Assembly (NCBI GenBank): GCA_021375695.1
Contig: JAEPKX010000002.1
Span: forward strand, 30,794 to 94,793
Reading direction: 5' to 3'
DNA: 64,000 nt
From: Candidatus Igneacidithiobacillus taupoensis
GTDB lineage: Bacteria; Pseudomonadota; Gammaproteobacteria; Acidithiobacillales; Acidithiobacillaceae
Under the pieces are notes generated by a model that made no database searches, had not been told where the DNA came from, and saw only the letters and a list, made by a program, of their open reading frames with translations. Each line of letters opens with the position of its first letter. Position 1 is the stretch's first letter. Shown here piece after piece: positions 9,209-17,636 of this stretch. The position numbers and the translations under genes are program-made.

Positions 9209-10147
9209 ATGAATCCTGCCCGCCCAAGTCTTGCACAGATCCTTGCTCTCTATGAACAACCCTTTATGGATCTGGTATATCGCGCCCAAGGGGTACATCG
9301 AGAGAGTTTCTCACCCAATCAAATCCAGTGCTCTACCTTGCTTTCCATCAAGACGGGTGGATGTCCAGAGGACTGCGGCTATTGTGCCCAGAGTGTCCAT
9401 CATCAGGCCAGGCTTGCCGTGACCCCGCTGCTCCCCCTGGAGGAGGTGCTGGCTGCGGCTCGTCAAGCCAAGGCTGCGGGCGCCCAGCGCTTTTGCATGG
9501 GTGCGGCCTGGCGGAGCCCCCATCCCAAAGACCTGGAACGGGTAGCGGAAATGGTGCGGGCGGTGAAGGAACTGGGTATGGAAACTTGTGTCACGCTGGG
9601 CATGTTGGCGCCTGGGCAAGCAGAGCTCCTGCGCGCAGCTGGACTGGACTATTACAACCATAATCTCGATACCTCGCCGGAGTTTTATGGTGAGGTCATC
9701 CATACCCGGGATTTCCAGGATCGCCTGGATACCCTTGCTGCCGTTCGTAACGCCGGAATCAAGGTCTGTAGTGGGGGAATCCTGGGTATGGGGGAAAGCC
9801 GCCGCGATCGGGCTCGTTTGCTGGAAACTTTGCTCCATTTACCCGAAGCACCCGAAAGCATTCCCATCAATGCCCTCGTTCCCATTGCCGGTACACCACT
9901 GGCCCAGGCGGAACCCATCGACGATATTGAATTCATCCGGACCATTGCCGTCACCCGGATTCTTTTTCCGCACAGTTATGTCCGTCTGGCTGCGGGTCGG
10001 GAACAAATGAGTGATGCGCTGCAAGCCTTGGCGTTCCTGGCGGGGGCGAACAGTATTTTTCTGGGGGACCGGTTGCTGACCACGGCCAATGCGGGCCTGG
10101 ACCGGGATGCCCAGCTCTTTGCCAAGCTGGGCCTTGTGTCTGCCTAG
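9209..10147 (+). CDS. bioB: Biotin synthase BioB
   Basis: 312 aa. Radical-SAM [11 protein letters not shown] motif with typical length and colinearity. Confidence 0.95.
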   Translation: MNPARPSLAQILALYEQPFMDLVYRAQGVHRESFSPNQIQCSTLLSIKTGGCPEDCGYCAQSVHHQARLAVTPLLPLEEVLAAARQAKAAGAQRFCMGAAWRSPHPKDLERVAEMVRAVKELGMETCVTLGMLAPGQAELLRAAGLDYYNHNLDTSPEFYGEVIHTRDFQDRLDTLAAVRNAGIKVCSGGILGMGESRRDRARLLETLLHLPEAPESIPINALVPIAGTPLAQAEPIDDIEFIRTIAVTRILFPHSYVRLAAGREQMSDALQALAFLAGANSIFLGDRLLTTANAGLDRDAQLFAKLGLVSA

Positions 10148-10156
10148 AAGAGCTTC

Positions 10157-10705
10157 CTAGGAGTGATCGCCAAAGGAAAGTGGGAAGGAATAGGTAATCA
10201 AGGCTTCATTCTCGCCGGGATCCTGGGGAACGATATAGGCGTTGGAGATATGGGCGATCTTCAGCCCCAATCGACCCCCGTTCTGGAACTGATAGGCTAG
10301 TCCCAATTCCAGTCGGAATTCGAAGATGCTCCCCAGTTGTTTACCCTGACCGGCGTCATATCCACCAAAGCCGAGCATGGGGGTCAGCACCCAGCGATCC
10401 CAGGCGATGTCCGAGTAGAATCCGCCATAGCCCATGAAGCCTCCCCGGGTGTTGGCCACGAGGCCCCAGGCAGAACCGATCCCAAAGAGTTTGGATGCGG
10501 ATTGGTACTCGATATTGATTTCAGGAACCCGGGGGTTAGGTCCTTCCTCTGGATGGATGCCAACTCCGTTGAATATCCCAAGGCCTGCACTGAGGTAGGC
10601 CGGACCACCCGTAATTACATGAATGCCCTCGGCTTGGGCGGTTGTTGCCAACAAAAACAACAGGGGTGAAAGCAGGATGGAAGCGACTTTGCAATTGCTA
10701 CGCAC
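10157..10705 (-). CDS. pagL: Outer-membrane lipid A 3-O-deacylase (PagL-like acyloxyacyl hydrolase)
   Basis: 182 aa. GTG start with GAGGAG SD, signal peptide (...ATTAQA/EG), beta-barrel-like alternating sequence and C-terminal H-x-S-N...E catalytic pattern (HISNAY...GENEAL). Confidence 0.75.
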   Translation of the reverse strand: MRSNCKVASILLSPLLFLLATTAQAEGIHVITGGPAYLSAGLGIFNGVGIHPEEGPNPRVPEINIEYQSASKLFGIGSAWGLVANTRGGFMGYGGFYSDIAWDRWVLTPMLGFGGYDAGQGKQLGSIFEFRLELGLAYQFQNGGRLGLKIAHISNAYIVPQDPGENEALITYSFPLSFGDHS

Positions 10706-10736
10706 AATGATCTCCTCGGTAAAGATGGCTTGCCTG

Positions 10737-10753
10737 AGCGCAAGATTTGCGCT
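10737..10753. promoter_or_regulatory. Perfect 7-3-7 palindrome AGCGCAA-gat-TTGCGCT in the pagL/hlyD divergent region
   Basis: Read directly from the sequence. Function unknown (protein site or hairpin). Confidence 0.3.
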
Positions 10754-10758
10754 AGTTT

Positions 10759-10776
10759 ATCGACCGAACGGTCAGT
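10759..10776. promoter_or_regulatory. Dyad ATCGACCGAACGGTCAGT, candidate TetR-family operator (copy 1)
   Basis: GACCG-AA-CGGTC core palindrome. 14/18 identical to the site at 14111..14128 in the tetR promoter region. Confidence 0.45.
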
Positions 10777-10860
10777 ATGTCTTTGGATTCCTGTTTTGGT
10801 CAAACTTTGTAACACATGGGTGTTAAGATCTCTGCTACGGTTGGAAAATGAGGAGCAGCT

Positions 10861-11874
10861 ATGCGCTGGGTCAAACGAATTGCGGTGTTTCTGATCATCG
10901 TTGTGGTTGCCTTTGCTGCTTTTGCCTATTTCCAGATTTCCGATTACTATCCCAGCACGGATGATGCCTATGTACACGCCCATGTGGTAAATATTGCCCC
11001 ACGCGTTACCGGTCATATCATTGCCTTATATGTCCGTGATAATCAAGTTGTTCACAAGGGGCAGCGGCTCTTGCAGGTGGATCCCCGCGCGTATCTCTAC
11101 AAACTCCAACAGGCTGAGGCAGAATTGGCCCAGGCAGAACGCCAGCAGGCGACCATTGCTGCCAATATTGCCCAAGCCCAGGCCCAGCTGCAGGTCAATC
11201 AGGTAAACTATGCCAATGCCAGGCGTAATGCTGAGCGTGCCCAGGCCCTGGCAGCAAAACAGTATCTTTCGAGTGAGGCGGCAGACAATGCCCTGTCCAA
11301 GGCCCAGGAGATGCAAGCCCAAATTGCGGCCACCCTGGCAACCTTACGGGGTGCCCAAGCCCAGCGCTCCCTGAACCAGGCCCGTATTGCTGCGGCCCAG
11401 GCTGCCGTGCGAATGGCAAAACTGGATCTCTCCGAAACTACCATTTATGCCCCTATTTCGGGGGTCGTCAGCAAGGTCGACAAACTCCATGTGGGAGATG
11501 TTGTGAACGTCAATCAGGATCTTTTCCCCCTCATTGGTAATGCCGCCTACTGGATAGAGGCCAATTACAAAGAGACGGATCTCAAGCGGATCCATCCTGG
11601 ACAAAAGGCAGTGGTGCATATAGACATGTATCCCGATCACCAATTTCAAGGGCAGGTATCCAGTATTAGTGGGGGTGCTGGCAATGCCTTCTCGCTTTTG
11701 CCGCCGGAAAATGCTACAGGCAACTGGGTCAAGGTAACCCAGCGGGTTCCGGTCCGTGTGGACATCCTGCATCCTGATCCCCAGTACCCCTTGCGGATTG
11801 GGACCAGTGCTACGGTTACTGTGGATACAGGCCACGTCCCCGGTTGGGTACAATTTCTGCGTCCCTACCTCTGA
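10861..11874 (+). CDS. HlyD/EmrA-family membrane-fusion (periplasmic adaptor) protein
   Basis: 337 aa. N-terminal TM anchor, long Ala/Gln coiled coil, C-terminal barrel region (YAPISGVVSKV...). GAGGAG SD. Confidence 0.88.
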   Translation: MRWVKRIAVFLIIVVVAFAAFAYFQISDYYPSTDDAYVHAHVVNIAPRVTGHIIALYVRDNQVVHKGQRLLQVDPRAYLYKLQQAEAELAQAERQQATIAANIAQAQAQLQVNQVNYANARRNAERAQALAAKQYLSSEAADNALSKAQEMQAQIAATLATLRGAQAQRSLNQARIAAAQAAVRMAKLDLSETTIYAPISGVVSKVDKLHVGDVVNVNQDLFPLIGNAAYWIEANYKETDLKRIHPGQKAVVHIDMYPDHQFQGQVSSISGGAGNAFSLLPPENATGNWVKVTQRVPVRVDILHPDPQYPLRIGTSATVTVDTGHVPGWVQFLRPYL

Positions 11875-12575
11875 TGCCTGGAGCGAAATCCAGAGCAGGA
11901 GGGAGGAGGCAAGCTGCGGAGCTGACCTTTGCGCCGCAGGGTCCGATGCACCCAGGTTGTTTTCATTCCAAGTAACCGTGCTGGACGTAGGTTGTGGGAG
12001 CTATCATCGAAGAAGTGGCAACGCCAGGCTGGAACCCGCAACTTCTGCAGCACTTTTCGATAGGCAGAACTTGCCGGTTTGCCGCGCAAGCCCAGTGCCA
12101 GCATGTCAAAAATCCCCTGGATTTGCTGAGCTATACCCAAACGCAACAAGACGCGCTCGGCATGGTCGGCAATACTGTTGGTAAAGATGTAGGCAGGACC
12201 ATCGAGTTGGCTGAGCCAATTCTGGAGCTGGACATTGCCAGGGACACTGGCTGCCAGTTCGGGAGGATGAATGGCCTGGAGAAATTCTCTGGGATCGATC
12301 TCCGGGTGGTGGCGCTGCAGTCCCGCCAAAGTCGTACCATAGCGCCGCCAGTAGGAATGCCGTAGGGCGGCAGCCTCGCCTTCGTTCAATGCCAGGCGTG
12401 CCATGAGATAGCCATGGATGTGCCGATGCATGAGCGGGAAGCAATGGCGATTAGCATCGTAGAGCGTATTGTCCAGATCGAGGAGATAAACAGGCCATGG
12501 GCGGCGTTTGTGTCCCAGGAACGGAGGGAGAAATCGCTGGGAACGATGGCCTCGACGCCGCTTTCCCCGCCTCAT
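11865..12575 (-). CDS. HAD-superfamily pyrimidine 5'-nucleotidase-like hydrolase
   Basis: 236 aa. LLDLDNTLYD HAD motif I and FFDDS motif. Start uncertain. Follows argB with no gap. Confidence 0.75.
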   Translation of the reverse strand: MRRGKRRRGHRSQRFLPPFLGHKRRPWPVYLLDLDNTLYDANRHCFPLMHRHIHGYLMARLALNEGEAAALRHSYWRRYGTTLAGLQRHHPEIDPREFLQAIHPPELAASVPGNVQLQNWLSQLDGPAYIFTNSIADHAERVLLRLGIAQQIQGIFDMLALGLRGKPASSAYRKVLQKLRVPAWRCHFFDDSSHNLRPARLLGMKTTWVHRTLRRKGQLRSLPPPSCSGFRSRHQR

Positions 12576-12577
12576 GC

Positions 12578-13447
12578 TCAGTCCAGATCAGACAGGAGAG
12601 TGCCTACGCCATGGCGGGTAAAGATCTCCAGCAATAATGCATGGGGAACCCGTCCGTCAATGATATGGGCCGCCCTCACCCCGCCGGTTAGGGCATCCAG
12701 ACAACACTGTAACTTGGGGACCATGCCACCGGTTATGATCCCATTGGCCATGAGCTGCTGGATCTCGGCGACCCGCAAGCGTTCATAGAGCTGTCCTTGG
12801 GGGTTGAGGACGCCTGGGACATTGGTCATGAGAATGAACTTGGCCGCGTGCAGGGTACGGGCCAAGGCGCCTGCGACCAGGTCGGCATTGATGTTGAAGG
12901 ATTCGCCATGGGGGCCGACGCCGATGGGAGCAATGACTGGGATGTAGCCACCATCATCCAGGAGCTGGATGATTTCGGTATTGACCCGAGTGACCTCTCC
13001 GACCCAACCCAGATCCTTGCCATCCACGCGCTCCAGTTTCTGGGCGTGCAGTAAATCCCCGTCTTTGCCGGTCAAACCGATGGCTTTTCCCCCAGCGCGT
13101 TGGATCCCCAGGACGATTTGCTTGTTGACCAGTCCGCCCAGGACCATTTCCACCACCTCCATGGTGGCATTGTCAGTTACGCGCATTCCCTCCACCATCT
13201 GCGCTGCAAGCCCCAGTCGCTGAAGCAGCGAGTTGATCTGCGGGCCGCCGCCATGGACGATGACCGGATTCATGCCTACTTGCTTGAGTAGGGTCACGTC
13301 ATGGGCAAACTGTTCTTGTAAATGAGGCTCGGTCATGGCGTTGCCGCCATATTTGATGACCAGGATGCTGCCTTGAAAACGCTGCATGTACGGCAGCGCC
13401 TCGATCAGGATTTCGGCCTGGAGCCGAGGGTCAGGAAGGGAAGTCAT
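12578..13447 (-). CDS. argB: Acetylglutamate kinase ArgB
   Basis: 289 aa. LVIKYGGNAM, VHGGGPQI and MTNVPGVL motifs. Confidence 0.95.
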   Translation of the reverse strand: MTSLPDPRLQAEILIEALPYMQRFQGSILVIKYGGNAMTEPHLQEQFAHDVTLLKQVGMNPVIVHGGGPQINSLLQRLGLAAQMVEGMRVTDNATMEVVEMVLGGLVNKQIVLGIQRAGGKAIGLTGKDGDLLHAQKLERVDGKDLGWVGEVTRVNTEIIQLLDDGGYIPVIAPIGVGPHGESFNINADLVAGALARTLHAAKFILMTNVPGVLNPQGQLYERLRVAEIQQLMANGIITGGMVPKLQCCLDALTGGVRAAHIIDGRVPHALLLEIFTRHGVGTLLSDLD

Positions 13448-14082
13448 GATGGATTTTCCTGGACGGTTCGTGAGATTCCCCGCAAGACGATGTCGACCAC
13501 GGCGTGGTCATAGCCTTCTGGATCATCTACAAAATGTACAATCGGATATTGCCGAAGCAAGTCCCGCGCTTGAAAGAAGTTGATGTTGGCGCTAACCAGG
13601 ATGGTGGCCACGAGCGCAGGGTCCAGATCTGGACGAAACTCGCCATTTTCCTGACCATCGCGCACGATCTCGGCCAATGCGGTGAAGAGCTCGGCAAGGC
13701 CGGCATCGGCAAGGTCGCGTGCTCGAGGTTCCCCCTTCTCCAGGAGTTCCCGCAAAAAGAGCTGCACCAAACGAGGGCGATCCAGTAAGTGCTGCAAGTG
13801 GCTCACGGCAAAAAGACGCAAGGCTTCGGCGGCGGTGCTCCCTTGTTGCCGTGCTTCCTGCAGGCGACTGCGTAGGGCTGCTGCGGCACGGTGGAGGACC
13901 GCGAGATAGAGGGCATCTTTGCTGGAAAAATAATGGTAGATATTGGCCTTGCTGGTGCCAGCACTGGTGGCAATGGCATGCATGGAAACTGCATCAAAAC
14001 CGTGGTCGGCAAAAAGTCGCTCTGCGGCAAGAACGATTTTGCGGCGGCCTTCTCCGGTGATTTCTTCCGCACTTTTTTTCAT
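13444..14082 (-). CDS. TetR/AcrR-family transcriptional regulator
   Basis: 212 aa. N-terminal HTH (FDAVSMHAIATSAGTSKANIYHYFSSKDALY). Stop overlaps the argB start (ATGA at 13444-13447). Confidence 0.9.
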   Translation of the reverse strand: MKKSAEEITGEGRRKIVLAAERLFADHGFDAVSMHAIATSAGTSKANIYHYFSSKDALYLAVLHRAAAALRSRLQEARQQGSTAAEALRLFAVSHLQHLLDRPRLVQLFLRELLEKGEPRARDLADAGLAELFTALAEIVRDGQENGEFRPDLDPALVATILVSANINFFQARDLLRQYPIVHFVDDPEGYDHAVVDIVLRGISRTVQENPS

Positions 14083-14110
14083 GGGTTATGCAATCTTGGT
14101 ACCAAAATCA

Positions 14111-14128
14111 ACCGACCTTTCGGTCAGT
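14111..14128. promoter_or_regulatory. Dyad ACCGACCTTTCGGTCAGT, candidate TetR operator (copy 2, autoregulatory position)
   Basis: Lies 29-46 nt upstream of the tetR start and 50 nt upstream of the divergent membrane-protein ORF. Shares CGACC-N3-CGGTCAGT with 10759..10776. Confidence 0.5.
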
Positions 14129-14177
14129 GTAACACTCTGGAACTGGCCAGGCTATCTCTGCCCAAAGCGTTAGCAAA

Positions 14178-15152
14178 ATGGTATTCTTTGCCCACTTTTT
14201 TGCAACAACAGGTAGCCCTCGGATGTTTCGGGATGAAACGAGTCACGGCGATCTTTCCTTTGGCCTGCTTCTGCAGGCACTGCGTGGTGTTACCCTGTGG
14301 CGACCCAATTTGGTGTATGGGGGTTGTCTGCTGGCGGGTGTAGGAATTTCCGTTTGGCTGACCTCGGTTGCGGGTGATCTGGGTGGGGCAGTGAGTCCCT
14401 TTGCGCTGCTTTTTGCAATCCTGATCGGATACCTGGCAGCGGGGCGGCTGTTGATTTTTGATGCCCGCGGAGAGCCGGGGCCGGGCTTACGGAAAAGCCT
14501 GGGCTTTGCCTTGCGGGTTTGGCCAAGGCTCCTGTTGCTGGTCCTTATGGAAGCTTTGCTCTTGAGTGGCATTGCATTTGTGGAAGTTCTGGTATTTGGA
14601 GTGAGTCGCTTGCCAAGTCTGGGGCCCTATCTGGTGATTCCCCTCTTTCCCGTGACCGCTCTGTTCAATGCGGCCTTGTTGGTGTTGGCGATCATTGTTT
14701 TTAATCTCTCTGGGCCTGCGCTGTGGCATGGAGAAAGCGTTGGCAAAGCCCTGCAACATACCTTGCGTATCGCCAGTAGCAGGCCGGGCTCCATTTTACT
14801 GATGATGTTACTGCTTAGCATTCTCGCGAGCGCGGTGGCGTTGGTTATTATTGTGGTACTCTACCTAGGCTATGCTTTGACCTTGGCAACGGCTGCCCCT
14901 TTTTTGGGCAATTCTCTCTTTGCCAATGGGGCCACCGAAGCGCTTTTGTTGCAGTGGCTGCCGAGCATGTCCAGTGACAGTTTGTGGGCTGCCTCCCTGG
15001 AACCTTTGACACTGTGGACCCAATGGGGGGAGAGATTATTTTGGTTTGCAGCAGGAATTTTGATATTTCTTCTGCCGAGCGTCGTCTTCCTGACGGGAAT
15101 GGCCCATTTGTATCTTGAGGCCCTGGAACTGGAATCACCGGAAGATGTGTGA
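14178..15152 (+). CDS. Polytopic inner-membrane protein of unknown function
   Basis: 324 aa with about 6-7 hydrophobic helices and no motif I recognise. Start uncertain (ATG 14178 or 14223; neither has a strong SD). Confidence 0.65.
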   Translation: MVFFAHFFATTGSPRMFRDETSHGDLSFGLLLQALRGVTLWRPNLVYGGCLLAGVGISVWLTSVAGDLGGAVSPFALLFAILIGYLAAGRLLIFDARGEPGPGLRKSLGFALRVWPRLLLLVLMEALLLSGIAFVEVLVFGVSRLPSLGPYLVIPLFPVTALFNAALLVLAIIVFNLSGPALWHGESVGKALQHTLRIASSRPGSILLMMLLLSILASAVALVIIVVLYLGYALTLATAAPFLGNSLFANGATEALLLQWLPSMSSDSLWAASLEPLTLWTQWGERLFWFAAGILIFLLPSVVFLTGMAHLYLEALELESPEDV

Positions 15153-15153
15153 G

Positions 15154-15450
15154 ATGAAAGTCATCAAGAAAATCAAGCGACAAATGGAGTTGGAACGGCA
15201 ACGCTGCCAAAGTTGTGGTATGCCCCTTTGTTATGATCCCAAGGGGGGGGGCAGCGAGAAAGATGGCCGTCGTAACCCTGATTATTGTAGCTTTTGTTAC
15301 GAGGATGGCGCGTTCAAGGACCCTGAACTAACTTTAGGGCAAATGCAACAGCGTGCCCGAGAGTTGCTTCGCAAGCGCAATCAGCCGTGGTACATACGGG
15401 CCTACATGGCTCATCGCATCACGACCCTGAAAAGGTGGCGCAGCAACTGA
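15154..15450 (+). CDS. Zinc-ribbon-domain protein (putative zinc ribbon, Zn_ribbon_2-like)
   Basis: ATG 15154 lies 1 nt after the upstream stop. CQSCGMPL...DYCSFCYEDGAF four-Cys ribbon followed by a basic helical tail ending LKRW. Confidence 0.72.
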   Translation: MKVIKKIKRQMELERQRCQSCGMPLCYDPKGGGSEKDGRRNPDYCSFCYEDGAFKDPELTLGQMQQRARELLRKRNQPWYIRAYMAHRITTLKRWRSN

Positions 15451-15456
15451 GTGAAA

Positions 15457-15476
15457 AAGCCCCTTTCAAGGGGCTT
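15457..15476. terminator. Hairpin AAGCCCCTT-tc-AAGGGGCTT between convergent genes
   Basis: 9-bp perfect stem. An A-run precedes it on the + strand, which is a T-run on the - strand, so it is an intrinsic terminator mainly for the minus-strand coiled-coil gene. Confidence 0.65.
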
Positions 15477-15494
15477 ACCTACGCCAAAAAGTAT

Positions 15495-15863
15495 CTATAA
15501 GCTATTGCGGGGGCGACGTCCACGTCGAGGCTTGAGCTCTTGCATCAGGGCCTCGCCACGTTGGTGCAGGGCCTGCAGCTGGGCTTCATCATTTCCTACA
15601 CGTTCATACACCTCAGCCACAGCAGCCAGGATTTGGCTTGGTTCCCATCCATTGGCAAGGCGGCTAATCCGGTCAACCAACATCCGCCGCTGGGCGTCCC
15701 GTTCACGTTTGAGCTTGGGGTTTTCCTGTAAACGACGTTTTTGTTCTTCCAGTTTTTGTAATTGCTCATTCATTCGGGCTTCCAACTGTTGCCGTTTGGC
15801 TTCGAGATCGGCCAAGCGTTCTTCCGCGGTACGCCGATGTCTTTTCCGAGTCGTTTTTTCCAT
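15495..15863 (-). CDS. Hypothetical basic coiled-coil protein
   Basis: 122 aa. AGGAG SD 8 nt upstream of the ATG. Heptad-like ERLADLEAKRQQLEARMNEQLQKLEEQKRRL. The overlapping + strand ORF (15451..16092) is Arg/Ser/Cys-rich and looks spurious. Confidence 0.6.
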   Translation of the reverse strand: MEKTTRKRHRRTAEERLADLEAKRQQLEARMNEQLQKLEEQKRRLQENPKLKRERDAQRRMLVDRISRLANGWEPSQILAAVAEVYERVGNDEAQLQALHQRGEALMQELKPRRGRRPRNSL

Positions 15864-15922
15864 GATTATCGCTCCTGTTATGTGCGGACTTGGCGCGAAT
15901 ATGTCGCCACGGAAAGATTATG

Positions 15923-16942
15923 TCAGCTTGATTTGCCTTTCGCAAACACAAAAGCATCGGCATAAATGTCCTGGGAATCAATCCCCGCTTTTTCCAGTTG
16001 TGCCGATAAGTCAAAGACCATATCTGGGTGACCACAGAGATAAGCAGAAAATTTCCCAATGGTTGGAAAGTCCTGGAGTATGGCGTCGGTAATGTATCCG
16101 CAACGACCTTTCCAGGAGGCATCGGGGCGCGAGACAACCTGGATCAGGTGAAAGTGAGAATGACGGTGCTGCCATTCTTGTAATAAATCCTGATAGTAAA
16201 AATCCTGGGGATAGCGGACACCCCAGTAAAAATAGATGGGCCGCGGATCGGAATTGGCAAAAAGTTGTTGGAGCATGCCTTTAATGGGAGCAAAGCCAGT
16301 GCCGGTGGCGGCCATCAGCAGAGGGCGTTGCTCGGGATCCTCCCGGACGAAAAAGGTCCCCAATGGCCCCTCAAAACGGAGAATATCTTTTTCCTTCATG
16401 GTCGAGAATACATGCTCAGTAAAACGACCACCGGGAACTCTTTTGATGTGCAATTCCAACTGGCCACCGGGACTGGGGGTGCTGGCGATGGAAAACCCGC
16501 GACGACTACCGTCTTTGAGCAGGATATCGATGTATTGTCCAGGTAGATAATGGAATTCTTCCGTACTGGGTAACTGCAGAAAGATGGCGCGGACATCGGG
16601 GGCAAGATCGACAATCCGTGCCACCCGGGATGGCAGGGTTTTGATCTGGATCCCTGCTGCAGCCCCGACCTCTTTGGCTTCTATGGTCACATCGCCCAGG
16701 GGAGTGGCCTGACAGAACAAGGCATAGCCCTGGGCGATTTCGTCATCGGAAAGCATTTTGGCATCGACTTCGCCGTAATCCACCGAGCCACTGACGATTT
16801 TTCCTTTGCAAGTGGCGCAGGTGCCCGCTCGACAACTATAAGGAAGGGCATAGCCATGCCGCAGGGCAGCTTCCAGAATGGTCTCCGTAGGGGCGATGTC
16901 CATTTCGTGGCCACTGGGCTCAATGCGCAAGCGATAGATCAT
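15923..16942 (-). CDS. 2Fe-2S ferredoxin / FAD / NAD(P)H oxidoreductase (CDP-6-deoxy-delta-3,4-glucoseen reductase-like)
   Basis: 339 aa. Plant-type CRAGTCATCKGK...C cluster motif, RGFSIAS flavin motif and MAATGTGFAPI NAD(P) motif. Confidence 0.85.
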   Translation of the reverse strand: MIYRLRIEPSGHEMDIAPTETILEAALRHGYALPYSCRAGTCATCKGKIVSGSVDYGEVDAKMLSDDEIAQGYALFCQATPLGDVTIEAKEVGAAAGIQIKTLPSRVARIVDLAPDVRAIFLQLPSTEEFHYLPGQYIDILLKDGSRRGFSIASTPSPGGQLELHIKRVPGGRFTEHVFSTMKEKDILRFEGPLGTFFVREDPEQRPLLMAATGTGFAPIKGMLQQLFANSDPRPIYFYWGVRYPQDFYYQDLLQEWQHRHSHFHLIQVVSRPDASWKGRCGYITDAILQDFPTIGKFSAYLCGHPDMVFDLSAQLEKAGIDSQDIYADAFVFAKGKSS

Positions 16943-16997
16943 GAGGACTCCTTATGGAAGGCAACTTTCCCGGGTCAATGCGTAAATGCTGAGCATA

Positions 16998-17636
16998 TCA
17001 GAAATATTGGGGTTTTTCTGGACCATAGAGGGTAAGGGTAGACTGGTCAAAGGTGTTGACCAATTGGCAGAAGAGGGCCGCCGTTCTTTCGGTATCGTAC
17101 AAGGCGCCATGGGCTTGTTTTCCATCAAAATCCAGTCCTGCCTTTTGTACCGCTTTGGCAAGGACGGTTTCGCCCAGAAAAAGCCCGGCAAGACTGACGG
17201 TATCGAAGGTGCTGAAGGGGTGAAAGGGACTGTTACCTATCCGCTGGCGCTTGGCTGCTGCCTGCAGAAAGGACAGGTCGAACGAGGCATTGTGGCCCAC
17301 CAGGATCGCTCGTCGACAGCCCCAGGTCTTCAGCTGTCCGCGAATTCCCTGGAACAGTTCCCGAAGGGCCTGTTCTTCAGGAACGGCGGCACGAAGGGGA
17401 TGGAGGGGATCAATCCCGTTGAAACGGAGGGCCTCGGGGTCCAGTTCAGCACCGGCAAAGGGCTGTATATGGTAATGAAAACTCGCAACGGGGGTGAGTG
17501 AGCCGCTGTTGCCAGCCACGACGATGGCTGCCAGTTCGAGAAGAGCATGACGATGGCAGTCAAAACCTGCGGTCTCTACGTCAACAACGATGGGTAGAAA
17601 ACCCCGAAAACGCTGGGCGATGGGTACGATGCTCAC
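16998..17636 (-). CDS. rnt: Ribonuclease T
   Basis: 212 aa. RFRGFLPIVVDVETAGF DEDDh exonuclease motif, HNASFDLSFL and HGALYDTERTA. Confidence 0.92.
   Translation of the reverse strand: MSIVPIAQRFRGFLPIVVDVETAGFDCHRHALLELAAIVVAGNSGSLTPVASFHYHIQPFAGAELDPEALRFNGIDPLHPLRAAVPEEQALRELFQGIRGQLKTWGCRRAILVGHNASFDLSFLQAAAKRQRIGNSPFHPFSTFDTVSLAGLFLGETVLAKAVQKAGLDFDGKQAHGALYDTERTAALFCQLVNTFDQSTLTLYGPEKPQYF

Noticed and set aside
15928-15945. A second TTGAT...CGCAA element (TTGATTTGCCTTTCGCAA) resembling the Crp/Fnr-like site at 1563..1576.
   Set aside because: The spacer is 8 nt rather than 4, so the half-sites are not in an Fnr/Crp register. It also lies at the 3' end of the reductase gene rather than in a clear promoter. 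The resemblance is probably chance.
15451-16092. 213-aa + strand ORF spanning the coiled-coil gene and the 3' end of the reductase gene.
   Set aside because: Its composition is Arg/Ser/Cys-rich and it has no SD. It overlaps a minus-strand gene with a good SD and a balanced coiled-coil sequence, and it would run through the hairpin terminator at 15457..15476.
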